Source of the DNA: a virus
Virus genome (UHGV): UHGV-0307316
Direction: 5' to 3' (one strand)
Length of the DNA: 64,000 nt
Shown here piece after piece: positions 10,394-27,395 of this stretch (the stretch's first letter is position 1; the number at the start of each line of letters is the position of its first letter). Under the pieces are notes generated by a model. The model searched no databases. It worked only from the letters and a program-made list of their open reading frames with translations, and was not told where the DNA came from. The position numbers and the translations under genes are program-made.

Positions 10394-10792
10394 ATGAAAA
10401 CAGAATCTAAAGTAATTAATGGTAAGAAAGTAAATATCGTTCTGCTTGGGGCAAGAGATGGGATTAAGATGTCTATGAAGCTGGGTAAAATTGTTGTTCC
10501 AACATTTGCACAGATGCTATCAAGTCTGACTGATAAAGATAAGAAAGAAGCTCCAATGGTTCCATTTAAAGACCTTGTTGAAGCTTGTTTTGACAGAATT
10601 GAAGAAATTAACCTTGAAGAAATGGCTACCCTGTTATTTCAAGGGGCAACTGTTGATGACTTCCCACTCAATATTGATACATACTTCCAAGCAAACTACG
10701 GTGAGTTTATTGATTACTTAGCATTTGCGCTGGAGGCAAACTTCGGAAGTTTTTTCGAAGCAAGCATTTTCAAAAGCCTAACTTCTCAGTAA
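10394..10792 (+). CDS. Tail assembly chaperone (G-like, 0-frame product)
   Basis: Small ORF immediately upstream of tape measure; ends with slippery site and -1 frame ORF. Confidence 0.6.
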   Translation: MKTESKVINGKKVNIVLLGARDGIKMSMKLGKIVVPTFAQMLSSLTDKDKKEAPMVPFKDLVEACFDRIEEINLEEMATLLFQGATVDDFPLNIDTYFQANYGEFIDYLAFALEANFGSFFEASIFKSLTSQ

Positions 10793-11033
10793 ACATGGGT
10801 AATACTCTACAGACACCACTAACTGATGCTGCTGTAGAGGCAACCTATGAAGAAGCAGACGAGATGAAATTTGTGCTTGCTATTTATGGTATGGAAGGGT
10901 GTAAAGAAACACTTGACCAACTCTTTGCTATGACATTCTCTGATTTATTATCATTGAGACAATTTCTTGAAATTCAGAGGTCGTATAAAGAGGAAATTGC
11001 TTACAACGAACTTAGAAGAGCAGGAAAAATGTA

Positions 11034-11034
<1 letters not shown>
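10394..11034 (+). CDS. Tail assembly chaperone -1 frameshift fusion product (G-T-like); shift at 10750-10756
   Basis: Heptamer T_TTT_TTC at 10750-10756 in X_XXY_YYZ register of the 0 frame; -1 frame is open from the shift site through the 10795-11034 ORF, which ends 1 nt before the TMP start. Confidence 0.5.
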
Positions 11035-19143
<8,109 letters not shown>

Positions 19144-19145
19144 TA

Positions 19146-20318
19146 ATGGCAGTAGGTGAAATTCAAATTAGTGCCTTGCCTCAAGCATCCTTACCAATTG
19201 ACCTTAGTGATATCTTCCATCTTAAGCAGGGTATTGAGGATAAGAGGTGTACTCTTGAGCAATTACTTGCTCCACACGCAAGCCTAAGAAATAACCCTCA
19301 TGGTGTTACTAAAACACAAATTGGTTTAGATAATGTTATTAATGCTCTTCAGTTAGTCGCTGCAAATAACTTATCAGATATTGTTAATGTAGCTGAGGCA
19401 AGAGCAAATCTACAGATTATGTCTTCAGAAGAGGTTAATAACCTTGTCCAGCAACATATCAAGGACAAGAGTAACCCACACAATACAACTAAGGCACAGG
19501 TTGGTTTAAGTAATGTTCAGAACTGGACAACATCTAATCTGTATAACGAAGATGCAGATAAGTATGCTACAGCAAGAGCATTAAATAACTTGTACAAGGC
19601 TGTTCAGGCTTCTTATCCAGTAGGTACTATCCATCTTTCTATGAACTCTGCAAACCCTTCCACATACTTAATTTGTGGAGGTACTTGGGAGTTAGTTTCA
19701 AAAGGCAGGGCATTGGTTGGCTATGACTCTGATACAAGACCAGCAGGTTCTATATTTGGCGCTTCAACTGTCACTTTGTCAGTTAATAACATACCTCAGC
19801 ACTCCCACTCTGTGTCTCTTAGCGGTGGTGGTCACACTCATAATGCAACTGTGTCAATTTCAGCTTTTGATTATGGGACTAAGACTACAAACTCTTTTGA
19901 CTATGGGACAAAAGCTACTAACACAACTGGTAACCATACACACAGTGTGTCAGGTAACACTAGCACCAATGGTACTCACAACCATGATGTGTATCCTAGA
20001 GCAAATGATGGCTCTGGTAATGCTGTGGCTGACTCTGATGGTGGTGGTCCAAGAAGGACATCAAGGACTTCTAGTGATGGTGCGCACTCACACAGCTTTA
20101 ACGTCACATCTGGTGCATCAGGTGACCACAGCCACACGGTTGGTATTGGTGCTCACAGTCATACAGTTGGTATTGGTTCACATACGCATAGTGGCACTGT
20201 AACAGTTTCTTCTTCTGAACATACACATAGTGGCAATACAAATAGTGTTGGTGGAGGTCAGGCAGTTAATATTGAACAGCCATCCTTCGTACTGTATGTA
20301 TGGCAGAGAACAGCTTAA
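19146..20318 (+). CDS. Tail fiber protein (short paralog) with His-X-His C-terminal module
   Basis: N-terminal tail-fibre-type repeats (NPHGVTKTQIGLDNV / NPHNTTKAQVGLSNV); C-terminus SFDYGTK(T/A)TN repeats and HxH runs (GAHSHSF, DHSHTVGIGAHSHTVGIGSHTHSG) like T4 gp37-type metal-binding fiber tips. Confidence 0.7.
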   Translation: MAVGEIQISALPQASLPIDLSDIFHLKQGIEDKRCTLEQLLAPHASLRNNPHGVTKTQIGLDNVINALQLVAANNLSDIVNVAEARANLQIMSSEEVNNLVQQHIKDKSNPHNTTKAQVGLSNVQNWTTSNLYNEDADKYATARALNNLYKAVQASYPVGTIHLSMNSANPSTYLICGGTWELVSKGRALVGYDSDTRPAGSIFGASTVTLSVNNIPQHSHSVSLSGGGHTHNATVSISAFDYGTKTTNSFDYGTKATNTTGNHTHSVSGNTSTNGTHNHDVYPRANDGSGNAVADSDGGGPRRTSRTSSDGAHSHSFNVTSGASGDHSHTVGIGAHSHTVGIGSHTHSGTVTVSSSEHTHSGNTNSVGGGQAVNIEQPSFVLYVWQRTA

Positions 20319-20327
20319 TTTCTTTAC

Positions 20328-20348
20328 AGGGGCTTTATAGCCCCTTTT
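20328..20348 (+). terminator. Rho-independent terminator between the two fiber genes
   Basis: AGGGGCT-TTAT-AGCCCC hairpin followed by TTTT. Confidence 0.5.
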
Positions 20349-20364
20349 AAGAGGAAAATTTATA

Positions 20365-22713
20365 ATGGCAGATTACAAATTGAGTGAGCTAAACTCAATC
20401 GACACAATCCGTTCAGATGACCTTCTTCATGTCAGAGTTAAAAAGAGACCTAAAATGCTGGGTGATGAAGACCGTCGAATGACCTATCAAGATTTCTTAG
20501 CATCTTTTAAGCTTGAAAGATTTGTTCAGATTGCTGGTAGCACTATGACGGGTGACTTAGGAATTGTTAAGCTACTTTACGGTGGCAAGGCTGTATTCGA
20601 CCCCACAGGCTCTTCTGAGATTACTGTTGGTGATATTTTAAAGACTTTTAAAATCAACGCAAACGACCTTAAACTAACTATTGCAGACGCTTCAAGGTCG
20701 GCAACTGTTTATCATACTTTGAATAAGCCAAGCCCTAATGAACTTGGGATGAGAACTAATGAAGAGAATGACGCAAGGTATGCAAGACTAGCCGTGAATA
20801 ATACCTTTAGAGGTACTCAAGCTATCCTCTCTGACAATGGAGCGCTCATTATTAAAAATATCACTCAAGGTGCTCCACTCTATCTTCGTGGTCAAGATGC
20901 AGATGGTACTAACAGATGGTATCTAGGTAATGATAATAGGGGTACAAATAATCTTGTATTGAAGAATGTAAAGTCTGACGTTTCAATTGCTATTTTAGAG
21001 AATTTGGTGAAAGTCAACAGAACTCTTCAAATTGCTGGCCAAGTTCAGCCTTCAAGTTTTGCTAACTTAGATGCTAGGTATTTTACCCAGACAGCAGCTA
21101 ATCAGAGATTTGCGCAGTTAGCTGGTAATAACACTTTTACTGGTACTAACACTTTCTCTAATTTTGTTGCTAAGAAGAATGCTGAAGCCATCACTCTGCG
21201 AAATGTGGACACTGCTCCCTCTTTATATATCCGAGCAAGAAAGTCAGATGGGAATTATAAGTGGTATATTGGTAATGACGGTGATGAGAACATTTTAAAA
21301 ATCTATAACTATCTAACAGAAACACAAGTCTCACTAGGTAACACTATTGCCATGAGCAAAACAGTTCGAATTGATGGTCAAGTACAACCTTCTGATTGGA
21401 CTAACATTGATTCTAGATATATTCCGGCAGCCACTTTGAGTAATCTCCCTAAACTTAATGTTGCTAATACTTTCACAAATGTGCAGACTATTGTATCAGA
21501 TAATGAAGGTTTAGTATTAAGGAGCTTAACACAGGGACAGCCACAATATATCCGTGGTGTTGATACTGCGAATGTATCTAGGTGGTGGCTGGGCGTAGGA
21601 ACTGCTAATTCTAACGTGGTAACCTTGAGCAACAGCTTTTCAGGCACTCAAATTTCCCTAGAGCCAACATTGGTTAGTATGAATAAGAATCTGTATATTA
21701 ATGGGCAGGTTCAACCAAAAAATTGGTCTAACTTAGATGCTAGATACTTTGTTAAGACTCAGTTATTAAATCAATCTTTGATGACTGCATCTGTAGATAA
21801 TCTTGAAAACCCTTCAGCATTTAATCTTGGGTATTCAGGTTTTGTCAGAAACAACAATGTGACTAGTGGTCTGAAAGAGTTGGCAATTCATGTTGCTCAC
21901 TCTAGTAAGACTGCTGCACACGCAAGGGGTATCTCTTTTGTATACGGTTCAAACGGTTTGGCAACATTCACCTATGCCTATGACAAAAATGGTGACTATG
22001 CCGGAGAGGCACAGATTTACACAACTGATTTTAAACCAACCCCTTCAGAGATTGGTGCATATACTAAAGCAGAAACTGACCAGAAATTTGCAACAGCAAT
22101 TAGTGACTCTACAGACCTTAATAAAATCTATCCAGTAGGTATTGTAACTTGGTTTAACAGTGATGTTGACCCTAATACAGCACTACCTGGGTTAACTTGG
22201 ACGTATCTTAACAATGGTGTTGGTAGGACTATCAGGATTGCAGCAGCAGATGGTTCAGATGTTGCTACAACAGGTGGTTCAGACTCTGTGGTGTTATCTG
22301 TTGGTAACTTACCGTCACACACCCATAGTTTCTCTGCTACCACTTCATCTTTTGATTATGGTACGAAGAACACTAATAGTACTGGTGCTCACACCCACTC
22401 AGTTAGTGGTACTGCTGCATCTGCTGGGCAACACGCACACAGAATTTCACAGGGTGACAACGCTAACGTTCCATCAGGTAGAGTTGCATCTTCGAACTCT
22501 GCTCAGACCCATGTTGGTTGGACTGAAAATGATGGTGCTCACACCCACTCAGTTAGTGGTACTGCTGCATCTGCTGGTGGACATGCTCACTCTGTAGGTA
22601 TTGGTGCTCACAGCCACACAGTTAGTGGTAACACTGGTGGTACAGGCTCTGGTTCAGCATTTAGTGTTACTAACCAGTTCTACAAGTTAATGGCTTGGGT
22701 AAGAACTGCTTAA
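20365..22713 (+). CDS. Tail fiber protein (long paralog) with internal ~70-aa repeats and His-X-His C-terminal module
   Basis: Three degenerate repeats ending in LDARYF/IDSRYI; C-terminus SSFDYGTKNTNSTGAHTHSVSGTAASAG (duplicated), GHAHSVGIGAHSHTVSG. Confidence 0.75.
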   Translation: MADYKLSELNSIDTIRSDDLLHVRVKKRPKMLGDEDRRMTYQDFLASFKLERFVQIAGSTMTGDLGIVKLLYGGKAVFDPTGSSEITVGDILKTFKINANDLKLTIADASRSATVYHTLNKPSPNELGMRTNEENDARYARLAVNNTFRGTQAILSDNGALIIKNITQGAPLYLRGQDADGTNRWYLGNDNRGTNNLVLKNVKSDVSIAILENLVKVNRTLQIAGQVQPSSFANLDARYFTQTAANQRFAQLAGNNTFTGTNTFSNFVAKKNAEAITLRNVDTAPSLYIRARKSDGNYKWYIGNDGDENILKIYNYLTETQVSLGNTIAMSKTVRIDGQVQPSDWTNIDSRYIPAATLSNLPKLNVANTFTNVQTIVSDNEGLVLRSLTQGQPQYIRGVDTANVSRWWLGVGTANSNVVTLSNSFSGTQISLEPTLVSMNKNLYINGQVQPKNWSNLDARYFVKTQLLNQSLMTASVDNLENPSAFNLGYSGFVRNNNVTSGLKELAIHVAHSSKTAAHARGISFVYGSNGLATFTYAYDKNGDYAGEAQIYTTDFKPTPSEIGAYTKAETDQKFATAISDSTDLNKIYPVGIVTWFNSDVDPNTALPGLTWTYLNNGVGRTIRIAAADGSDVATTGGSDSVVLSVGNLPSHTHSFSATTSSFDYGTKNTNSTGAHTHSVSGTAASAGQHAHRISQGDNANVPSGRVASSNSAQTHVGWTENDGAHTHSVSGTAASAGGHAHSVGIGAHSHTVSGNTGGTGSGSAFSVTNQFYKLMAWVRTA

Positions 22714-22792
22714 TCCCTTGTTAACTGATTGTTAAGATGGTGTTAATATTCTTTATGGGTATTCTCACCATCTTGGCTGATGAGGTGATTAA

Positions 22793-22987
22793 ATGCCTAC
22801 AATCCTAGCAATTCTTCTAAAAAATCTAGGTAGCTTCTTCTGGAAACTCATTTTATCCCTTCTAAGTGAATACATGATTGAGAAAGTGTTCTTTAAGCTT
22901 GCAAGATATCTTGCGAGTAAAACAGACACACCTATTGATGATGAGTTCGTAGATAACTTAGAAAAAGCTTTTAAGGGGGAGAAATAA
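22793..22987 (+). CDS. Small hydrophobic protein (function unknown)
   Basis: 64 aa with hydrophobic N-terminal segment; follows tail fibers. Confidence 0.3.
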   Translation: MPTILAILLKNLGSFFWKLILSLLSEYMIEKVFFKLARYLASKTDTPIDDEFVDNLEKAFKGEK

Positions 22988-23359
22988 ATGAAGTGGCTAG
23001 AGGAAGCTTTTAAAAATAATATTGGTGCAATTGTAGTTGGTATTTTTAGTGTTATTGGGATGTATACCACCATGCAAGTTTCAAGTGGTAAACAAGAAGT
23101 GTCTGTCACAACAAAGTTACAGCAGCTAGATAATTATTCAAAAAGTAACTATTCAGCTATTCATGATTTACAGTCTGACATGAGATTGATTCAGCTAGGG
23201 ATGGAGAACCAGAAAGTTCAGTTAGAGAATGTTAAGGGCGAAAACGCAAAACTTACCAAAACTCTTGATAAATTCTCTGACAGTGTAAATAATCTGGCTC
23301 AATCAGTATCAGCCCTCCAAGCTATTACTGAGAAGAACACAAAGAATACTGAAAAATAA
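22988..23359 (+). CDS. Membrane-anchored coiled-coil protein (function unknown)
   Basis: N-terminal TM helix (IGAIVVGIFSVIGMY) then coiled-coil-like sequence; last gene of + block 1. Confidence 0.3.
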   Translation: MKWLEEAFKNNIGAIVVGIFSVIGMYTTMQVSSGKQEVSVTTKLQQLDNYSKSNYSAIHDLQSDMRLIQLGMENQKVQLENVKGENAKLTKTLDKFSDSVNNLAQSVSALQAITEKNTKNTEK

Positions 23360-23365
23360 AATTTA

Positions 23366-23396
23366 AGGCTCCCGTAAAAAGGAGCCTTTTTTGTTT
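23366..23396. terminator. Bidirectional rho-independent terminator at convergent junction
   Basis: AAGGCTCC-CGTAAAAA-GGAGCCTT hairpin flanked by A-run upstream and T-run downstream; sits between + block end (23359) and - block end (23396). Confidence 0.6.
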
Positions 23397-24295
23397 TACT
23401 TACCTACTGACAGAGGTGCTTCAATCTTCCCTGCATGTTGGTAGTTGTTAATGCCACCAATAAAATCACTTGCAGTGAGATGTTTTAGGTCACTTAAAGT
23501 GTTAAGTGGGATACCAATCTCAAAAGTTGGTGCATGGAACTCTTCATTGTTCATCAGTTCATAAACCTGCTTCATATGGTTCTGATAAATCTGAGTATCT
23601 CCAAAGACACCTATCAAATATCGTGGAGTGTATCCAGTCATCTTACAAAGGACTTCCAGAATAAAACCATAAGATGCAATGTTAAACGGAAGCCCTAAAA
23701 AGGTGTCTACAGAACGCTGATACCATTGTAAGTCAACTTCACCCTCGTTGGTGATATAAATCTGAAACAGAACATGACAAGGTGCTAAAGCCATTGAGTT
23801 TGCTGCAATATCTGCTGCATTCCAAGCGTTAACAAGCATGTAACGGTCTGTGATATCACCCTTCATCTTCGCTACTAAGGTCTCTAACTGGTCTACAACA
23901 CAACCATCATGACCCTCAAAGTTTCTCCACTGAACCCCGTAGATTCTACCACCTGCATCCTCTAACCAGTCTTGTTCAGAGGAATAATTAGAGCTTAACC
24001 AGCGTTTAAAATCATCTGACCAGATAGTCCAGCGTTCCCCATCATTTTCACCCCAAGTACGGTAACGAAGTTCACCAAGTTTATTCTCACCATTCAGGAA
24101 CCATAAAGCTTCCCCAATAACTTGCCGTGTAAACACCTGTTTAGATGTTAAGAGTGGGAAACCAGTTCGCATATCAAAACGAAACTGTGGTGGAGCAAAT
24201 GCAGAGATAACCTCTCCAGTTCGTGTAGTACGCAGTTCACCAACGGATAAAACATGGTTCAGGATATTTTTGTAACTCAAATCAGCTTGTGACAT
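23396..24295 (-). CDS. thyA: Thymidylate synthase
   Basis: N-terminal RTTRTGE motif and active-site PCH (ALAPCHVLFQ) in the translation. Confidence 0.85.
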   Translation of the reverse strand: MSQADLSYKNILNHVLSVGELRTTRTGEVISAFAPPQFRFDMRTGFPLLTSKQVFTRQVIGEALWFLNGENKLGELRYRTWGENDGERWTIWSDDFKRWLSSNYSSEQDWLEDAGGRIYGVQWRNFEGHDGCVVDQLETLVAKMKGDITDRYMLVNAWNAADIAANSMALAPCHVLFQIYITNEGEVDLQWYQRSVDTFLGLPFNIASYGFILEVLCKMTGYTPRYLIGVFGDTQIYQNHMKQVYELMNNEEFHAPTFEIGIPLNTLSDLKHLTASDFIGGINNYQHAGKIEAPLSVGK

Positions 24296-24296
24296 A

Positions 24297-24842
24297 TCAA
24301 AAGTGTCCTTTTACTTGTGGAACATAAATTTCAAAGGTTGCTTTACCATCATCCGATGGCCTTGACTGTACCTTTGCAAATACACGGCTATCATACAGCT
24401 TCTCAAAGAAGTTTTCAAAAGGTAAATGCACAGTGGCCTCTTCAGTAACTTTATGGAAGACTGTATGGAACACCACACCAGCATACGGTAAAGCATTGAC
24501 AAGGACACCTGCACCACCAATTACAAAGACATCTTCATCAATAGAGCTATCAAGATACTTCAAAAATGCTCCAAATGACTCTTTACTGGCTTTAGCATAC
24601 ATTACATCATCTTTGCCAAAGTCTATGCCTAAGTATGGTACAGAATTTGTTAAGATTAGGTTTGCACGTTCTGGTAGAGGTTTACTACCCAGAGTCTTAA
24701 AAGTCTCATTACCCATCACTACTAAGTTATTTTTAGTGAGTCTCTTAAACTCTTGCATGTCCTGTTTATGTCGAGGCCACGGCATACCAGTTGGAGTACC
24801 AAACTCACCATTTTCACCACTTGCAAAGATTAATTTAATCAT
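24297..24842 (-). CDS. Dihydrofolate reductase
   Basis: N-terminal IFA..NGEFG..MPW and VVMGNETFKTLG..PLPER motifs; adjacent to thyA. Confidence 0.8.
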   Translation of the reverse strand: MIKLIFASGENGEFGTPTGMPWPRHKQDMQEFKRLTKNNLVVMGNETFKTLGSKPLPERANLILTNSVPYLGIDFGKDDVMYAKASKESFGAFLKYLDSSIDEDVFVIGGAGVLVNALPYAGVVFHTVFHKVTEEATVHLPFENFFEKLYDSRVFAKVQSRPSDDGKATFEIYVPQVKGHF

Positions 24843-25099
24843 TTTGTAAATCCTTTCTTAATGAACCAGTTGATAACACTCTTCACAACTTTACTACGAT
24901 GGTAGATAAAATGTGGAGAGGGTTGGTATGAACCATAAGCCCAGAAAGCGATAATTTCATTACACACTGTGCATCGGGTACTTTCTTCAGCAATATGACC
25001 GTTAACTATTTCACTTACCTCACCTTGTAAGTCTGTACACCCACAATGTGGACAACGGATAGGTGTTCCATCAGACTCATAGCAGTGTTCAATTTTCAT
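24839..25099 (-). CDS. Zinc-ribbon protein (hypothetical)
   Basis: CPHCGC ... CTVCN cysteine pairs. Confidence 0.35.
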   Translation of the reverse strand: MKIEHCYESDGTPIRCPHCGCTDLQGEVSEIVNGHIAEESTRCTVCNEIIAFWAYGSYQPSPHFIYHRSKVVKSVINWFIKKGFTK

Positions 25100-25615
25100 C
25101 TATTTAACCTCAAAAACTGGTTCAAGAACCAATATAAAGTCTACACAGTCATCTTCTTCATCCAGAATACCATCAAAGTTCTTAGGTACAAAGTCGAAGA
25201 GACTCATAGAATATCGGTCAGAAGTAACCCTGATAGTGTTCCCTAGATTCTCTACAGTTAATATTGTACGGCTTTCTGTTACCTCACTTAGAAGATTACT
25301 CACAAAGTCATCTAAGAAGTGTTTCATCAGTGACTTGAAGCCTTTAGGGTAATCTGTACCAGAGTATGTTTCAATCTGAGGAACAAGCTTAACATTTATA
25401 CTAGTCTTTGTTAAGAACGTTTTAGAGAACATGCTATCAGGTAGCTTACAAACAGTCTTTCCAGTACCTTCATGTTCAATCTCAACAAAACCAGCTTCGT
25501 CGCCACATGTAACTATTTTAAAAGATGCTTCATTCTCATACTGTGAAGCCATAAACTTTTTAAGCATCTCTTTAAGGAAATCTGCATGAGCATCTTGTAA
25601 GTAGACATCAATCAT
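25100..25615 (-). CDS. Hypothetical protein
   Basis: 171 aa ORF in - strand operon. Confidence 0.35.
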   Translation of the reverse strand: MIDVYLQDAHADFLKEMLKKFMASQYENEASFKIVTCGDEAGFVEIEHEGTGKTVCKLPDSMFSKTFLTKTSINVKLVPQIETYSGTDYPKGFKSLMKHFLDDFVSNLLSEVTESRTILTVENLGNTIRVTSDRYSMSLFDFVPKNFDGILDEEDDCVDFILVLEPVFEVK

Positions 25616-25628
25616 AGTTAATCACCTA

Positions 25629-25988
25629 TTATGGGAACAGACACTTAATGTCATCGTTTTTGAAAACGAAACTTGTGTAGTTGTGACCATCAACATCCAA
25701 CCAAACAGCCTGAACATCTACACCATCAATATTCTGGTAAAGCTCTTTAATGAAGTGGTCTTTCACAAACTGACTGCTAGTGGTTTCCAGCTTGATGTTT
25801 GAGATTGCTGAACCTACAGCCATATAACCCATGACACGTTTCTTCTCAGTATGCTTAATCTTACCATCTTTGTAAGCCATAATGAGATTGGAGAGAATCT
25901 TCACACCATAATACTTTTCAAGGTGAGTAGGTACACCGTAAAAGCCTAATGCGAAGTTTTCAGAGTGGATAATGTTTTCACGTTTCAT
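25629..25988 (-). CDS. Hypothetical protein
   Basis: 119 aa ORF in - strand operon. Confidence 0.35.
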   Translation of the reverse strand: MKRENIIHSENFALGFYGVPTHLEKYYGVKILSNLIMAYKDGKIKHTEKKRVMGYMAVGSAISNIKLETTSSQFVKDHFIKELYQNIDGVDVQAVWLDVDGHNYTSFVFKNDDIKCLFP

Positions 25989-25989
25989 A

Positions 25990-26319
25990 TTAATCTGCCA
26001 ACCTTAAATTAAAATTAACACCAAATTTTTCACATACTTCCAACATATACTCAAGGGAGACATTACCAGTGAGATGAATTATGTTGGACACACGAGCCTG
26101 AGAGATACCACAAATTTTAGCAACTTGCTCTTGAGAAAGACCTCTGGATTTAATCTCTCTCTTAAAACGATGTGCAACGAAGTCTCTCATTTCGTCTACA
26201 TCCATTGGACAAATATAACTCTCCATTTCAGCCTCTCTATCAGCCTCCCAATCATCTTGTGGGGCATAAGGGTCAAAAACCTCATTCATCTTTCTTCTTC
26301 CGTTTGCGTGAAGTATCAA
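25990..26319 (-). CDS. HTH (XRE-like) DNA-binding protein
   Basis: Helix-turn-helix signature GLSQEQVAKICGISQARVSNI in C-terminal half. Confidence 0.5.
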   Translation of the reverse strand: MILHANGRRKMNEVFDPYAPQDDWEADREAEMESYICPMDVDEMRDFVAHRFKREIKSRGLSQEQVAKICGISQARVSNIIHLTGNVSLEYMLEVCEKFGVNFNLRLAD

Positions 26320-26494
26320 TTAATGAGTCTATGTTAGTAGCCCTGACCTTTTCACGTTCATCGTTAAGATAATCATCAAGAGCCTTTTCAATCTGTGAAT
26401 CATCTTGACAGATAACTGTAAAGACTGTAAAGCCGTCTGTATCGTCAATTATCTTACCATAACCGCTTCTGGGATGTAACTTTTTAAGAGCCAT
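26282..26494 (-). CDS. Hypothetical small protein
   Basis: 70 aa ORF; first gene downstream of repeat module A on - strand operon path. Confidence 0.3.
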   Translation of the reverse strand: MALKKLHPRSGYGKIIDDTDGFTVFTVICQDDSQIEKALDDYLNDEREKVRATNIDSLIDTSRKRKKKDE

Positions 26495-26495
26495 A

Positions 26496-26879
26496 TCAAA
26501 TACCTGTGCAGCTTCTGTTTTCTAAGAAATACTCAACACCATACATAGCTTTTTGCATCAAATCTTCTTTAAACTGAATACGATGATTAAGCATAGCCTG
26601 TACATCAATATCATCATGGTGCTTCTCTTTAATATTTGCAGATTGCAGGAAATACTCTGCAAGAACACGATACTGATAGTCAGTTACCTTGTCAGTCATC
26701 TCTGTTAAAGACTCTTCAGAGATTGGTTTAAGTAACTCACCATTAGCCAAAGCAACACCTTTAACAATCTGACAAGTGTCTTCTGGAACACCTGATAAGT
26801 CCACATTTGGAAGTTCTGTTGCATTGACTGGTAAATTCATTGCCATAACCATTGCAGCAGCTAATAAAATCTTTTTCAT
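26496..26879 (-). CDS. Secreted/periplasmic protein (signal peptide)
   Basis: N-terminus MKKILLAAAMVMAMNLPVNA with A-x-A cleavage-type site. Confidence 0.45.
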   Translation of the reverse strand: MKKILLAAAMVMAMNLPVNATELPNVDLSGVPEDTCQIVKGVALANGELLKPISEESLTEMTDKVTDYQYRVLAEYFLQSANIKEKHHDDIDVQAMLNHRIQFKEDLMQKAMYGVEYFLENRSCTGI

Positions 26880-26923
26880 AATGACCTCAAAGTTATATTG
26901 AATTTTGTATTACATTGAGTATA

Positions 26924-26952
26924 AAAATAAGCTATAACACCTGACTTGTCAA
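26924..26952 (-). promoter_or_regulatory. Candidate sigma70-like promoter for 26879 gene (TTGACAAG -35 type)
   Basis: On - strand: TTGACAAG, 17-nt spacer, TATTTT about 45 nt upstream of the start codon. Confidence 0.3.
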
Positions 26953-26996
26953 CAGACTTTATAGCTTATTTGGCAGATTTTTTATAAGGCTACTGC

Positions 26997-27390
26997 CATC
27001 CTTCCATACCACACCTCACCCAACCATACCATGCCTTACCAGACCGCACCTTGCCTCATTAAAAGACCCTCTTAAAAGACCTTTTAAAAAGGTAAGTCTC
27101 ATTTTAATGTAGCTGAGACTAACTACCCGCACCGAACCTCACCTGACCTGACCGCGCCATACCTAACCGCGCCTTACCACACCTCACTTAAAAACCCTAT
27201 GAGATACTCTATCGAATATAATTTAAAGACTCTTAAGTGATGTAATCGAATTTTTATGTAGCTCCGATTAACTACCCGCACTTTACCAAACCTCACCCTA
27301 CCCTACCAGACCTTACCTAACCGCGCCGTACCTCATTAAAAGACCCTCTTAAAGACCTTTTAAAAAGGAGCCTCCGAAGAGGCTACCTAG
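26997..27390. repeat. Intergenic repeat module A (two sub-copies): phased CC/ACC 5- and 10-bp repeats plus conserved hairpin cores
   Basis: Cores CATTAAAAGACCCTCTTAAAAGACCTTTTAAAAAGG and TAAGTCTCATTTTAATGTAGCTGAGACTAACTACCC; ACC every 5 bp across 27121-27185; paralogous to 28510-28790. Confidence 0.8.
27362..27386 (-). terminator. Rho-independent terminator for - strand gene 27396-27836
   Basis: On - strand: AGCCTC-TTCG-GAGGCT hairpin followed by CCTTTTT. Confidence 0.55.
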
Positions 27391-27395
27391 TCAAC

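Noticed and set aside
19717-22597. ORFs 19717-20202 (+), 21890-22138 (+), 22214-22597 (+) and 21378-21647 (-)
   Set aside because: Embedded in alternative frames of the tail fiber genes; Leu/Val/Thr-rich translations are artefacts of the His/Gly-rich repeats.
22988-23359. i-spanin assignment for the membrane coiled-coil protein after the tail fibers
   Set aside because: No overlapping or adjacent lipoprotein partner; a better overlapping spanin pair exists at 61398-61908. Kept as a membrane protein of unknown function.
25990-26319. Lysogeny module (repressor) suggested by the HTH protein
   Set aside because: No integrase, excisionase or attachment-site features in the window; a lone small HTH protein is more likely an early transcriptional regulator.
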